The notes under the pieces were generated by a model. The model searched no databases and was not told the origin of the DNA. It was given only the letters and a program-made list of their open reading frames with translations. From positions 95,822 to 159,821 of the forward strand of contig JADJRT010000009.1 in the NCBI GenBank assembly GCA_016712035.1: 64,000 bases of DNA. Reading direction: 5' to 3'. Both the position numbers and the translations under genes were made by a program. This document shows positions 10,806 to 22,000 of this stretch, one piece after another; the stretch's first letter is position 1; each line of letters opens with the position of its first letter. The DNA is from Flammeovirgaceae bacterium (lineage in GTDB: Bacteria; Bacteroidota; Bacteroidia; Cytophagales; Cyclobacteriaceae).

Positions 10806-10863
10806 ACAGTGCGAGACGTAACAAAGTTATGAAAGCACACAAAAAACAAGATGTAAGGAAATT

Positions 10864-11450
10864 TTAGCCCTTCTTAAGGCCGTTCACTAGCATATCGGCC
10901 AACTGTTGACCTAATTCAGCTGGATCTATTTTACTGGAAGGATCGTACCACATGGGCATCCAGTTTAGGGATGAAAACAGGGTCATTACTGCCAATTTTT
11001 GTCGATGGTATCTTTGAACTCACCTTTACTTGCACCTTCTTCAATGATCGACTTAAAGCGGTTTATATAATTGATTCTTAGTAAAAGAAAATCGCGGAGA
11101 AAAGGTTGGCTTAGATGCCGGTGTTCATTCATAAAAACAGCCGAAGCAGTAAGGTCTTTTGCCATAACCTGAATATGACCAATAATACCTAACCGTAGTT
11201 TTTCCGTGGCCGTATGATTTTTGCTCTCGACCTCGGCCAAAGACTTACGGAATTCAGCGGCCATATCAAAACAAAGACTTTGGAGAATTTCTTCTTTTGA
11301 TTTTATATGGGAATAGAGACTGGCTGCTTCAATACCCAATTTCTGAGCCAGGTCACGCATGGAGGAGGCGGCATATCCCTTCTCGCGAAACAACTCTGCC
11401 GCACTTCTAATAACCTGTGCTTTTCGGGATAAATTTCCAAAGGCTTCCAT
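10864..11450 (-). CDS. TetR/AcrR family regulator (PaaR-like), indel near 11000
   Basis: AAELFREKGYAASSMRDLAQKLGIEAASLYSHIKSKEEIL HTH; shifted tail FSSLNWMPMWYDP; directly upstream of paaA. Confidence 0.88.
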
Positions 11451-11514
11451 TAACTGACTTAATTGAAGGCTAAGTTAATTAATTAAATTTGATTAAAATT
11501 CGGATTCGCCAAAA

Positions 11515-12012
11515 ATGAAATTTAATTCCGTTAAAGAATTTTTTTACAGACTCAATAATACAGGCTATCAACTGATGATGGTACCCCTGATCCTTTTCAT
11601 TTATTTCTACGCACAGTCCTATTTCTATAATGGGCAGCTCTGGATTGAGAGCGAAGTCATAGTTACGTACCTGATATTCGGCATTGGCGTAATTGCATTG
11701 GTGATCCTAACAACTGTTTATATACATACTGAGAGAAAAGCCAAAAGTGTAGCGACTCTTGTTGGGCTTGGAATAAAGTTAGAGAAAGTAGGTTCATTAC
11801 TTTTGAGGAAGATGGTTTGGCAATTTGTTGTTGTTACCCTGATGCCTTTGGGGCTGGTAGCTACGGGCAATCAGATCTTTAGTATTTTTTTCGGACTGAC
11901 GCTGGCCTGGTATTTTATTCAATGGCCTACGCCTGAAAAAGTCTCTAACCTCCTGCACTTACGGGGTGACGAGAAGGAAATGGTGATTAGTCGCGGAGAT
12001 GCATTCAAATAG
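11515..12012 (+). CDS. Hypothetical membrane protein
   Basis: 165 aa ORF with about 4 hydrophobic segments. Confidence 0.7.
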   Translation: MKFNSVKEFFYRLNNTGYQLMMVPLILFIYFYAQSYFYNGQLWIESEVIVTYLIFGIGVIALVILTTVYIHTERKAKSVATLVGLGIKLEKVGSLLLRKMVWQFVVVTLMPLGLVATGNQIFSIFFGLTLAWYFIQWPTPEKVSNLLHLRGDEKEMVISRGDAFK

Positions 12013-12013
12013 A

Positions 12014-12043
12014 AGGCCTGCCACCACATCGGGTAGCAGGCCT
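12014..12043. terminator. Hairpin between convergent genes
   Basis: AGGCCTGC(C)ACC...GGT(A)GCAGGCCT inverted repeat. Confidence 0.55.
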
Positions 12044-12063
12044 CTCCACTAAGTTTTAATCAT

Positions 12064-13065
12064 TTAGAAAATTATCCCAAAACTGAAAGCATTTAGCTTC
12101 GGACCTTTGTCTTCAATATATAATTCATTCAGATCGTAGTTAAAGAAAAAGTCAACATCCTGATAACCGACTTGCAGCCGTACGCCATAGCGTACGTTAT
12201 TCAGGTAGAAATTGTCATGATCGTGTACTTTTTTCTTATCGCCACTTTCGTTAAAGGCTTGCTTACTATAACTGTCGATTCGATAGCCCACATAGGGACC
12301 AGCACCAAATCGAAAGGAATCGGAACCATGACTATCAAAGAAGCTGGGCTTTCTCCGGTTGCCGCCAAAATCGTAAATAGGTATTAGTGAAGCATTGATG
12401 TAGGTAGCTGTTAGTTTACTTTTAATGTAATCAACATCACGCGTATCCAGCGTAAAAATAACGGAGTTATCGTCTTTACTCATTTGTGTTTGCTCGTTCT
12501 GATATTTGAAATTATACCAGCTTACACCTAGCCCCCATTCGAGGAAGAATTTGTTTGAGACCCGGGTTCTTAGATTCGAATTTATACCCACATACCACGA
12601 TCCCCACGGCTTTACCGTATATAAACTATTGTCTGCGTCCGGAAATGTTCCATCGGACAAATAGTTATTCATACCGACATCAAAATTTATCGAATGATAC
12701 GTTCTCCGGCCATGCCAGTTTTTATGATCATCGATATCCCAGTCTTCGTCATCATCCTCGTCATCAAACACAGACTCCTCTTCGATAGAACTTTCCTGAT
12801 TAGAGGGTTCAGTGAGCAAATAGTCTGTGGAAGACTCTTGTAGTTGCACCGTATCCTTTTGTTCCAGTTTTGCAATTAGATTAGTCATCAACTTCTGGAA
12901 GTCATATTTTTTCATGGTCTCCAGATCATTTTTATCCTGAACCGTAACCGTGATTCTGCTGGCTTCGCCTACTTTGATAACCACCGTGTCGGCCGGTTTT
13001 GATTGCGCCTGACAAGCAAGCCCGGCAAGCAATACTACTCCTGTCAAAATATTTTTAGTTTTCAT
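12064..13065 (-). CDS. Outer-membrane beta-barrel protein (PorT-like)
   Basis: Signal peptide, alternating beta strands, KSKLTATY...IP, terminal FSFGIIF. Confidence 0.7.
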   Translation of the reverse strand: MKTKNILTGVVLLAGLACQAQSKPADTVVIKVGEASRITVTVQDKNDLETMKKYDFQKLMTNLIAKLEQKDTVQLQESSTDYLLTEPSNQESSIEEESVFDDEDDDEDWDIDDHKNWHGRRTYHSINFDVGMNNYLSDGTFPDADNSLYTVKPWGSWYVGINSNLRTRVSNKFFLEWGLGVSWYNFKYQNEQTQMSKDDNSVIFTLDTRDVDYIKSKLTATYINASLIPIYDFGGNRRKPSFFDSHGSDSFRFGAGPYVGYRIDSYSKQAFNESGDKKKVHDHDNFYLNNVRYGVRLQVGYQDVDFFFNYDLNELYIEDKGPKLNAFSFGIIF

Positions 13066-13067
13066 AC

Positions 13068-13738
13068 TTAGTTTCTTTTCGTTTTATCTTTTCTAAAATC
13101 AAGGGCGAAGAGTTCATTCTTGGCATCGCGCAAGCTTCCGAAATCACTTTCACCATTTTTTAATTCAAGGGCCTTGTCAAAAATCTTTTTAAGTCCGTTG
13201 TTCTTTTCTTCACTGGCTTGCGCCACTTGTTGCGTGTCGGTTGTAATGGCTTCGAGTGTAAATTCGATTACGATTGGTTTTTCTGCTTTCGTAACAGAAA
13301 TTGTTTCGGTAACCATTATATTTTGATCAATTACTAATGGCACTTCTTCTTTTTCTTTCGCCTGTTCAGTTATAGTATTTACGGCCACTTTCGTGGATCT
13401 GGTTTTTAGCTTATTAAAAGATTTGTGTTCATTTTGTTGAAGGTTTTTCTTTTCTGTTTCTGCTTGAACCGGAATAGATAACTCATTCCCAGTCGAAGTG
13501 GATTCTGTATTGGCTTCTGTTAGACTTATAGCTTGTGTCTCCTGATCTGTTTCGGTGGTGTAGAGCCAGGTTGCTGTTAACAATCCAAACAGGACGAGTA
13601 CAGCTGCCATGCGCCACAGAATTACTTTGTTATTTTTTTTGACAGCCCGGCTTCGACTTTTGTCCACGCTTCCGCGGAAGGAGTGGCCTGACGCTCACCA
13701 CGCTTCTTATTACATAGTTGATCGATTGGGTTGTTCAT
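13068..13738 (-). CDS. Single-pass membrane protein, putative anti-sigma factor (5' end garbled)
   Basis: Follows and overlaps the ECF sigma gene; LWRMAAVLVLFGLL TM segment; probable start MNNPIDQL at 13738. Confidence 0.55.
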
Positions 13739-14309
13739 ATTCTTTAATTTTTTGAACCAATTTCTGTTCTGCTTCCTGCAGACTTTTTTGTAATGATGCC
13801 CGGGCTCTACTCAGTTGAGATTTTGAGGTATTTTCACTAATCCCTATCTGATTGGCTATTTCCTGATGCGAGTAGCCCTCAATGGCGTAGAGATTAAATA
13901 CTATCCGATACCCAGTAGGAAGTTGATCAATCATCTTTAACAGATCTTCAGCCTCCAGATTTTTTTCCAGGTTTTCATAATCAGGTTCGTAATCGGCCGC
14001 TTCAATGTCTGTTTCTAGGTACATGTTTTTATTTTTTCTCAGATAACTTAAGGCTTCGTTTACTATTACTTTGCGCATCCAACCTTCAAAGTTGCCTTCG
14101 CCTGTGTATTGATCTATCTTATTTAGAATTTTGGTGAAGGCCACAATCAGCACATCTTCAGCCTCTATTTTGTCTTTGATATACCGGCAAAAGAGTGCGT
14201 ACCACTTTGAGGCGTACCGCTCGTACAAGCGCTTTTGTGCATCCCGATTTTGTCGTTTGCAGCCTTCTATTAATTCTACGTCTTTAGCGCGGTAGATCGT
14301 AAACTCCAT
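13710..14309 (-). CDS. ECF RNA polymerase sigma factor (sigma-70 family)
   Basis: AQKRLYERY, AEDVL..AF.KI, FEGWMRK, LPTGYRIVFNLYAIEGYSHQEIA..GISENTSKSQLSRAR. Confidence 0.93.
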   Translation of the reverse strand: MEFTIYRAKDVELIEGCKRQNRDAQKRLYERYASKWYALFCRYIKDKIEAEDVLIVAFTKILNKIDQYTGEGNFEGWMRKVIVNEALSYLRKNKNMYLETDIEAADYEPDYENLEKNLEAEDLLKMIDQLPTGYRIVFNLYAIEGYSHQEIANQIGISENTSKSQLSRARASLQKSLQEAEQKLVQKIKEYEQPNRSTM

Positions 14310-14331
14310 TTAAATTTTCAATACACCAACA

Positions 14332-14359
14332 AGATGCAAGTTAGATGCTTGAGGTTGCA
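14332..14359 (-). promoter_or_regulatory. Candidate autoregulatory ECF promoter
   Basis: Minus strand TGCAACC-N15-GCATCT about 22 nt before the sigma ATG; resembles ECF -35 AAC / -10 pattern. Confidence 0.45.
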
Positions 14360-14419
14360 CGATTAACAAATAATATTTGAATCCCTGCCTAAGATCCTAT
14401 AGAAAGTGTTTCTGCTGGA

Positions 14420-15820
14420 TTAAATGCCATTAAAAAGCTCAAAAGATTCCAGATATTCAGGAATGATGGCCTCCCAGCCCATGGCTTCTATTTTTTTTGC
14501 CAACGCGGTTGCACTATCTATTTCACCATGCGTAATAAAAACACGCTTGGGGCTCTCCTTAAAATTACTCAGCCACTGAAGCAGTTCCTCTTGGTCGGCA
14601 TGAGCCGAGAGTCCGTGAATGGTTTTTACATGACACCTTACTGGTACTTCCTCACCGAATATTTTTACCATGGATTCACCGTCTTGTAATCTTCTGCCTC
14701 GCGAGCCTTCCGCCTGATAGCCTGCCAACAAAACCGTATCCTTTTCGTTTCGTAACCGATGAAATAAATGATGGAGAATTCGCCCACCTGTAGCCATTCC
14801 ACTGGCGGAGATTATGATAGCAGGTTTTTCAAGATCATTAAGTGCTTTTGAAGATTCTGCTGAGTTACAAAAGTGGATGTTGGGCGAATCAAAAATGCTG
14901 AGCAACCTTCCATCTTTGCGTTCTACTTTTATTTTATGCGAATCACCATGTCGTTCGTATATATCGGTTACACTGATGGCCATGGGGCTATCGATGTATA
15001 TGGGAAGCCTGGGAATTAAATTCTTTTCCATTAACAAATGGAAATAATATATTAAAGATTGCGTTCTGCCTACCGCGAAGGCGGGAACGAGAATTACCCC
15101 TTCATTAGCAACCGCGTTATTGACTATTTGCGCCAAATCTGTTTCAACTTCCTCCATGGGATTAAGTCGATCGCCATAGGTAGACTCAACCAAAATTATA
15201 TCAGCTTCATCAATGTTTTTTGGCTCATACATGATTGGATCAACATAGCGACCCAAATCGCCAGAAAAAATTACTTTTTTTGCATGTTGATTTGTTTGGA
15301 GTTTTATTTCAGCAATGGCCGATCCCAGAATGTGACCCGCATTGTAGTAGGTTAATGAAACATGATCGAAAATTTTAATCTCTTTTTCTAATCGCACACT
15401 AACAATCATCGTTAACACCACCTCCGCATCTTCTACAGTAAATAGCGGTTCGGGCTTGCTGTGTTTCGAAAAGCCTTTTTTAGAGGCAAACTTGGCTTCT
15501 TCTTCTTGTAGTTTGCCAGCATCTAACAACATAATTTTCATCAGATCTTCGGTGGCATGCGTACAGACAATGCGACCCCGAAAACCATCCTTCACCAGTC
15601 GAGGGAGATAACCAATATGATCGATGTGGGCATGGGTGATAATTACGGTGTGTATGGTGGCAGGATCGATGGGAAGCGACTGCCAATTTCTTTCACGTAA
15701 TTCTTTTTTCCCTTGAAATAGCCCGCAATCAATCAGGATTTTTCGGCTATCGATTTCGAGCAAATATTTTGAACCCGTTACGCTGCGGGCAGCACCCAGA
15801 AATTTTAATCTCACCTTCAT
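14420..15820 (-). CDS. MBL-fold beta-CASP metallo-hydrolase (RNA-processing type)
   Basis: FLGAARSVTGS, THAHIDHIG, AGHILGS, SGDLG, ESTYG, SAHADQ, THGE. Confidence 0.9.
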   Translation of the reverse strand: MKVRLKFLGAARSVTGSKYLLEIDSRKILIDCGLFQGKKELRERNWQSLPIDPATIHTVIITHAHIDHIGYLPRLVKDGFRGRIVCTHATEDLMKIMLLDAGKLQEEEAKFASKKGFSKHSKPEPLFTVEDAEVVLTMIVSVRLEKEIKIFDHVSLTYYNAGHILGSAIAEIKLQTNQHAKKVIFSGDLGRYVDPIMYEPKNIDEADIILVESTYGDRLNPMEEVETDLAQIVNNAVANEGVILVPAFAVGRTQSLIYYFHLLMEKNLIPRLPIYIDSPMAISVTDIYERHGDSHKIKVERKDGRLLSIFDSPNIHFCNSAESSKALNDLEKPAIIISASGMATGGRILHHLFHRLRNEKDTVLLAGYQAEGSRGRRLQDGESMVKIFGEEVPVRCHVKTIHGLSAHADQEELLQWLSNFKESPKRVFITHGEIDSATALAKKIEAMGWEAIIPEYLESFELFNGI

Positions 15821-15862
15821 TGCAAAGAATTAATCTATGATGGTGAAATGTACTAAAAAAGA

Positions 15863-16029
15863 AAGAGGCTGACTAAAAAAGTCAGCTAAAGGCTAAGTGT
15901 CATGCCGGACTTGATCCGGCATTTGGCTGTACACTTTGCAAATGCAGATCGCGGCTCAAGGCCGCGATGAACAGAAGGACTTTTGGGTCAGCTCCATTTC
16001 AATATATTAGACTTTTGAGACAGCCTCTT
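15863..16029. mobile_element. MITE-like element with terminal inverted repeats enclosing REP-like palindromes
   Basis: Left AAGAGGCTGACTAAAAAAGTC; right GACTTTTGAGACAGCCTCTT plus an extra right-end copy at 15978-15995; internal hairpins ATGCCGGA-CTTGA-TCCGGCAT and ATCGCGGC-TCAAG-GCCGCGAT; no ORF. Confidence 0.6.
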
Positions 16030-16048
16030 AGCTCGATAAAAAATAATA

Positions 16049-18442
16049 TTAATTTCTTCTGATAATTTCCGGATCGCCCCGGTGCGAAACAGAACTGGCA
16101 ATCCCTTTTGTGATTTCTAATTTACGGGTTACGTAAACACGAGCCGAAGACGCTCCGTGAGCCTCTACGATCGCTTCGTCTACTTCATAATTATAAGCAC
16201 GAAGGGCAGAGGCGCCTGTTGCATTGGCTTCCATAAACCTTCCGCTTCCTTTTAATTCAAGACTGGTTGCACCGGTAAGGTCAACCGTTAGATTATTGGC
16301 TGTCAGGTCACCCTCCGCTTCAATGGCTCCCAATAATTTTACTTCCACATCCGATTCTTCAAACCCAAGAAAAGAAAGTTGCCCCGCACCGGTCACCTTC
16401 AACTCTTCCAAATGCGGAAGTACAATTTTTATTTTCATTTTGTTCTCTTTGAAAAAGTCTTTTTTCCAAAAGAAATTACTCTCATCGTCAAAATCAATAA
16501 CAAGCGTTTCGCCACTCACATAAACGTTATACCGGTTCTTTTCTTTTGTAACGCCATCGAGTTCAACCGCATAGTCTTCACCTTGTTGAATTTCGATATC
16601 GAAAAAGCCCGCGATATCTATTTGATTAAAGTCGCGCAAGCCATATTGATCCTTAAGGCGTAACAAACGAGATTCACTAGGCTCGCTGCAATTCACGCAT
16701 TCAAAGCCCCGCTCAGTCATCCGCCAGGTTTTATCAAAGTTGGAATCTCTGTATCCATCATACTCACGATAATTATTGTCAATCAATCGCCACATATCTT
16801 CTTCAATCACAAAAACCGTGTTATAAGGAATGTAAAGATCCATATCCAAACGCTGGGCTCTGAATTTGGCATCGTCTTTAAAAGTGATGTTTGAGTCAAA
16901 CACCAGAATGCTATCCTGTTGAACTACGTTGTACACAACCATCTGGGCATTCTCACTTGCAGATTTACGGGTGTTGCCCTGCGCTTCAAAACGTTCAACC
17001 AATTTAATTTCGGTGCCTTCGTAGCCTTTAATGGTAAGGCTTGTCATATCGTAGTCATCCAAGCCAATTTCATTAACCCGCAACACCGCAGTTTTTCCAT
17101 TAACATTAAATGTTTTTTCAACTTTATGTTCACCTTCTTCTTTAAAGGCATAAACGATTTGCGGAATACTTATTCCAACCGCGGCCACACTGACAAAGAA
17201 TAGCACGAAGAGTGACCAACCTACCATAGCGTTGAATACAATTCGTTTAGCAATTATTGAGTTACCAATCAGGTTAATAAAAAGTGCCGGTACCAGCAGG
17301 AGCGTAAAGACAAAGAAGGCAGTCCACGAGGGGAAGCTGTTTCTGAAGGCTTCCAAAGGCAAACCAAATTCTGTGATGTGCATGTTCCACCACGCTGGAT
17401 AATCAGAGAAATGAATGAATCCGAAGATTACACCGGCAGCCAAAACCAAAGACAGAATCATGGCTAAGCCTGTTAAGCTTATGGCTATACCAATGGCCAC
17501 ACGAAGTACATCAACAAATACCCGGAATAAAGGCCCTAACACTTTTGTAATCGCTTCGATAACCATGGCAATTACACGGAAAGGAAATAATACAATTTTA
17601 GCCAGCGTACTTTCTTCCCCTTGCTCTTTTTCGTTTAAGCCTTTTTTAACAGTTGATTCGATATTGGAAAGTGTAACGGGTTCGCCCTGCATTTGCATTC
17701 GCTCGGTAATAGTTTTAGCCTGTGGCAGCGCAATCCATAGAATGATGTAAACGATTAAGCCAAGTCCTCCAAAGAATGCCGTTACCACAAATAAGACGCG
17801 AGTCAAAGCGATGTCGGCACCAAAAAATGCAGCGACACCACTGGCCACACCCCCAATTACTTTTTGTTCTGTATCGCGAAACATCTTCTTTACGGATGGT
17901 TCTTCTTCCAAATCTTCTGCTGCGGGTAAAACAATCCAAAGGATGATATAGAGTAACAACAAACTTCCATAGCTACCCAATACCAACAAGGCAAAAAGTA
18001 GTCGTGGCCATACGGGATCGATGTTGAAGTAATGTGCTAAACCTGCGCATACGCCACCCAAAATTTTTCTTTTTTGATCGCGTTGTAATTTTCGCGCTGT
18101 AGTAGTTCCAGCTTGGTTTTTATTTTGTGATGTATCACTTTGGTTTTTAGAAGATTCACTGGCAAACTCCTGCTCTTCGGCAGCCTTAAAGTCGCTTACG
18201 CTACCCATGGTGGCCATCAGACTGCTTACATCTTCGGCAGTAATAACTTGTTTTCCTTCGTTGAGTTTGGCTAAAAATATTTCGGCAATGCGACTTTCAA
18301 TGTCCGACAGAATTTCACTGCTGTCTTCGAAGGAAGCGAAATACCGTTTGATGGAATCCAGGTACTTGCGAAGATTTTCGTATCCATCTTCTTCGATGTG
18401 AAAGATAATGCCGCTAATGTTTATGCTGATGTTCTTTTTCAT
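16049..18442 (-). CDS. PspC domain-containing membrane protein with C-terminal GIN/DUF2807-like domain
   Basis: MKKNISINISGIIFHIEEDGY N-terminus; two PspC repeats (KILGGVCAGLAHYF, KVIGGVASGVAAFF); TM region; C-terminal beta-helix repeats ending SHRGDP. Confidence 0.85.
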   Translation of the reverse strand: MKKNISINISGIIFHIEEDGYENLRKYLDSIKRYFASFEDSSEILSDIESRIAEIFLAKLNEGKQVITAEDVSSLMATMGSVSDFKAAEEQEFASESSKNQSDTSQNKNQAGTTTARKLQRDQKRKILGGVCAGLAHYFNIDPVWPRLLFALLVLGSYGSLLLLYIILWIVLPAAEDLEEEPSVKKMFRDTEQKVIGGVASGVAAFFGADIALTRVLFVVTAFFGGLGLIVYIILWIALPQAKTITERMQMQGEPVTLSNIESTVKKGLNEKEQGEESTLAKIVLFPFRVIAMVIEAITKVLGPLFRVFVDVLRVAIGIAISLTGLAMILSLVLAAGVIFGFIHFSDYPAWWNMHITEFGLPLEAFRNSFPSWTAFFVFTLLLVPALFINLIGNSIIAKRIVFNAMVGWSLFVLFFVSVAAVGISIPQIVYAFKEEGEHKVEKTFNVNGKTAVLRVNEIGLDDYDMTSLTIKGYEGTEIKLVERFEAQGNTRKSASENAQMVVYNVVQQDSILVFDSNITFKDDAKFRAQRLDMDLYIPYNTVFVIEEDMWRLIDNNYREYDGYRDSNFDKTWRMTERGFECVNCSEPSESRLLRLKDQYGLRDFNQIDIAGFFDIEIQQGEDYAVELDGVTKEKNRYNVYVSGETLVIDFDDESNFFWKKDFFKENKMKIKIVLPHLEELKVTGAGQLSFLGFEESDVEVKLLGAIEAEGDLTANNLTVDLTGATSLELKGSGRFMEANATGASALRAYNYEVDEAIVEAHGASSARVYVTRKLEITKGIASSVSHRGDPEIIRRN

Positions 18443-18471
18443 AGTCGAAACTTTATCAACTGGGGTTGGAG

Positions 18472-18807
18472 TTAGCTAATGGGTTTTGTTTGAATCATTT
18501 GAGCAGAGTGAACCAATTCTTCCCAGGTTTCTGATAATCCGGAAAGAAATTTACTTCCTTCTTCTGTCAATGTATAATACTTACGGGGTGGCCCCGATTT
18601 GGACTCTACCCATTTGTATTCGAGCAACCCCGCATTTTTTAATCGGGTGAGCAGGGGATAGAGGGTTCCTTCCACAACTATCATTTTGGCGGCTGTCAGT
18701 TCGTCCAGCATGTCGGAGGCGTAAACCTCACCGCGCGAAATAATATGTAGGATGCAGTATTCCAATATGCCTTTTCTCATTTGTACTTGTGTGTTTTCAA
18801 GGTTCAT
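18472..18807 (-). CDS. PadR family transcriptional regulator
   Basis: QMRKGILEYCIL, EGTLYPLLTRL, SGPPRKYYTLT. Confidence 0.93.
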   Translation of the reverse strand: MNLENTQVQMRKGILEYCILHIISRGEVYASDMLDELTAAKMIVVEGTLYPLLTRLKNAGLLEYKWVESKSGPPRKYYTLTEEGSKFLSGLSETWEELVHSAQMIQTKPIS

Positions 18808-18846
18808 ACATCCATATTAAGTTGATCTGATCTCACGTGTTATACG

Positions 18847-18873
18847 CAAAAGGTACTATGTATGGCCAAGTAC
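18847..18873 (-). promoter_or_regulatory. Candidate PadR operator overlapping the padR promoter
   Basis: Inverted repeat GTACT-N11-AGTAC (18853-18873) overlapping a -7-like TACCTTTTG on the minus strand. Confidence 0.5.
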
Positions 18874-19000
18874 TAAGCATAAAAAGTTAAACTATTTTTA
18901 AAATCCTCCAAAATTGGCTGAATTCGCAGGGTATATGTCGCAGTTACCAGTAATTTTGCTGATGTATACATCCTAATCTATCCTTTATTTTAGAAAAACT

Positions 19001-22000
19001 GTGGGGTTTGGTTTCAGGTTATTAGTTCTGTGTTTTCTGCCCTTTTGGGGATTTTCTCAGTATTCCCATGAATGGATCAAACCCGGCCAATCGTATTATC
19101 GGATTCCGGTAGCGAAAAAGGGTGTTTATCGATTAACCTTTGCAGATCTTCAGACTGTGGGGGTGCCAATCGGGTCGGTAGATCCCAGACGAATTCAAAT
19201 TTTACATCGTGGAGTAGAGCAAGCCATCTTTGTTCAAGGACAGGCCGATGCAGTCCTCGATCCAGGAGATTACATTGAGTTTTATGGTATTGGCAATGAT
19301 GGAACGTTGGATAAAGATTTATATAAACCAGCAATCTTACAGCCACACAATTATTATAATCTATACACCGACACGGCAGCCTACTTTTTAACCTGGCAAC
19401 TTTCAGCGGTGCAGGGAAAGCGCATCGCTAACTTTTCAGAAATCAATGTCACCAACATTCCCAAGGAAGATTTTCATCAGGAAGAGCGATTACTTGTTTT
19501 AAAAAATGAATACTCGGGTGGCAACAAGGAAAGTGATGTTATTCAATCTACCTATTTTGATGAAGGCGAAGGTTGGACCGGAACAGCCATCCGGCAGAAT
19601 CAAAGCATTGACTATACAGTAGATTTAATTTCGCAGGCCGTAACCACTCTCAGGAATTCCTCAGCTTGAAATTTTATTGGTTGGCCGAGATGCCATTCCG
19701 CATACAGCAATTATTTCGGTAGGTGCCAATGCAGGTTCTCTTAGAGTTTTAGACACCTATAACTTTAATGGATTCACCACCGAAAAACTTTCTTACACGC
19801 TTGATTGGAATGACATCGGGTTGGATGGCAAACTTACCCTTCGATTAGCTTCACCATCCGCTACCAACAATCGGTTTCAATTCAGTGCGTCTTATATCAA
19901 AGTAGTATTTCCACAAAATTTTGATGCCATTGGTGTTTCGGCAAAAACAATTAATCTGATTGCAAATCCAACCAACAAATCGTATCTCGAATTAGAAAAT
20001 TCAGCGGCAAACATGCGTATTTGGGATGTAACCGACCCAACCGGTATAGTAGCCATTGGATCAACGCGAACCGGATCAACACTAAAAGCAATAGTACCCA
20101 ATACTCAAACAGCGCGGTCACTTTTTGTTTTTGATTCTTTTCTTACACCTGCAATCAACGCCTTGTCCTTTCGATTTTATAATCCCACGCAGGCGGAGTT
20201 TGTCATCATCTCACATAAAAGTTTGATGCAGGCCGCTTCCGGATATGCTAATCCGGTGAAAGCATACGCAGGATTTCGTGCTTCCGCTGCCGGAGGCAGT
20301 TATGATACACTCGTGGTAACTACGGATCAATTATATAATCAGTTTAACTATGGCGAAACTTCACCCCGCGCTATTTATGAATTTATGAAATATCTCGTTG
20401 GGGAAGGCTCGCCAAAATATCTTTTCCTGATTGGTAAGGGACGCGATGTGAGTTCCGGATTTCATAGATTAATAAATCCTGCGCCTTCTGTGTTAAAGAT
20501 CTTGTGCCCCCGGCTGGTTCGCCCGGTGCCGACATGAATTATACTGCTGGACTTGATGGCACAACCTACGAGCCGGCCGTACCTACCGGCCGACTTTCAG
20601 CAAGTACTTCCCTTCAGGTGGCCGGATACTTAAATAAAATTAAAGAGATAGAAAACGCTGCCGCTATTCCCGCTTGGCAAAAGAAAGGTTTGCATTTAAG
20701 TGGTGGCATTCAACCCAATGAACTTATTGCTTTTCGTGAATACTTAGATGCGTTTAAAGAAATAGCAGAGGATGTTTATTGGGGTGGTGCGGTAAACACG
20801 ATTGCGAAACGAGATCCTAATCCGGTAGAGTTAATAAATATTTCGGATGAAGTAAACGCGGGTATAAACCTGATTACTTTTTTTGGCCATTCATCGCCCA
20901 GCACGATTGATATTGACATTGGGTATGTGAGCGATCCTACGATGGGATACAATAACCCCGGCAAGTATCCGACCTTTTTGATCAATGGTTGTAATGCAGG
21001 TAATTTTTTTGCCGGAAGTATTTCTTTTGGTGAAGATTGGATGCTGACGGCAAACAAAGGGGCGAGAAATTTTATTGCACATAGTTCTTTCGGTTTCGTC
21101 TACTCGTTGCAATATTATTCGGATTTATTCTATAAGATTGGATTTGCCGATTCTGTTTATGTTAAGAAGGGAGTTGGCGATGTGCAGAAAGAAGTGGCCC
21201 GGCAATATATGGCCTCGGCACCGGCAACCATGGCAAACATCACGCAGGTGCAACAAATGGTTTTACTGGGCGACCCAGCCGTTAAGTTATTTAACCAAGG
21301 CAAGCCCGATTATGAAGTTACCAGTTCTTCTTTATCCTTAGCATCCTTTGATGATAAACCCGTTACAGCAGCAAGCGACTCCTTTGCTGTAAAAGTTATT
21401 GTAAAGAATTTAGGTTTGGCCGTTGATAAACCGATGAAAATAAAATTAGATCGCATGTTAAGTGATGGCACCATACGCACCTACGACTCACTCTTTGCGC
21501 CAGGATTAAACACAGATACACTTGCATTTACCTTATATAAAGAATCAGGTAGCGATGGAGGAAATAATCAGTTTACTTTAGCGATCGATCCTGAAAATGA
21601 TTTGGACGAACTGAACGAAGCTAACAACGAAGCTTCCATTAACGCATTTATTCCTGCAAATGCAACCTTGAATCTTTTTCCTCATCCCTATGCGATTGTC
21701 AATCAGCCGGAGATAAAATTAGTTTGGCAAACGACTGATTTAATTGCGACTTCCCGGGATTTTATTATTGAAGTTGACACCAGTCATTTGTTCAACAGTC
21801 AATTCTTAATTAGCCGTACAGTACCTGGTAAGGTATTGGCAAACACACAAATCACTTTGCTCAATAACGATTCTACTGTTTACTATTGGCGAACGCGCTT
21901 TAAATCGCCTGTGGCTGGTGAAAGTGGGGAGTGGACTTCTTCTTCCTTCGCATACATCATAGGCAGTCCGGAAGGGTGGGCACAAATAGAGAACGATCAA

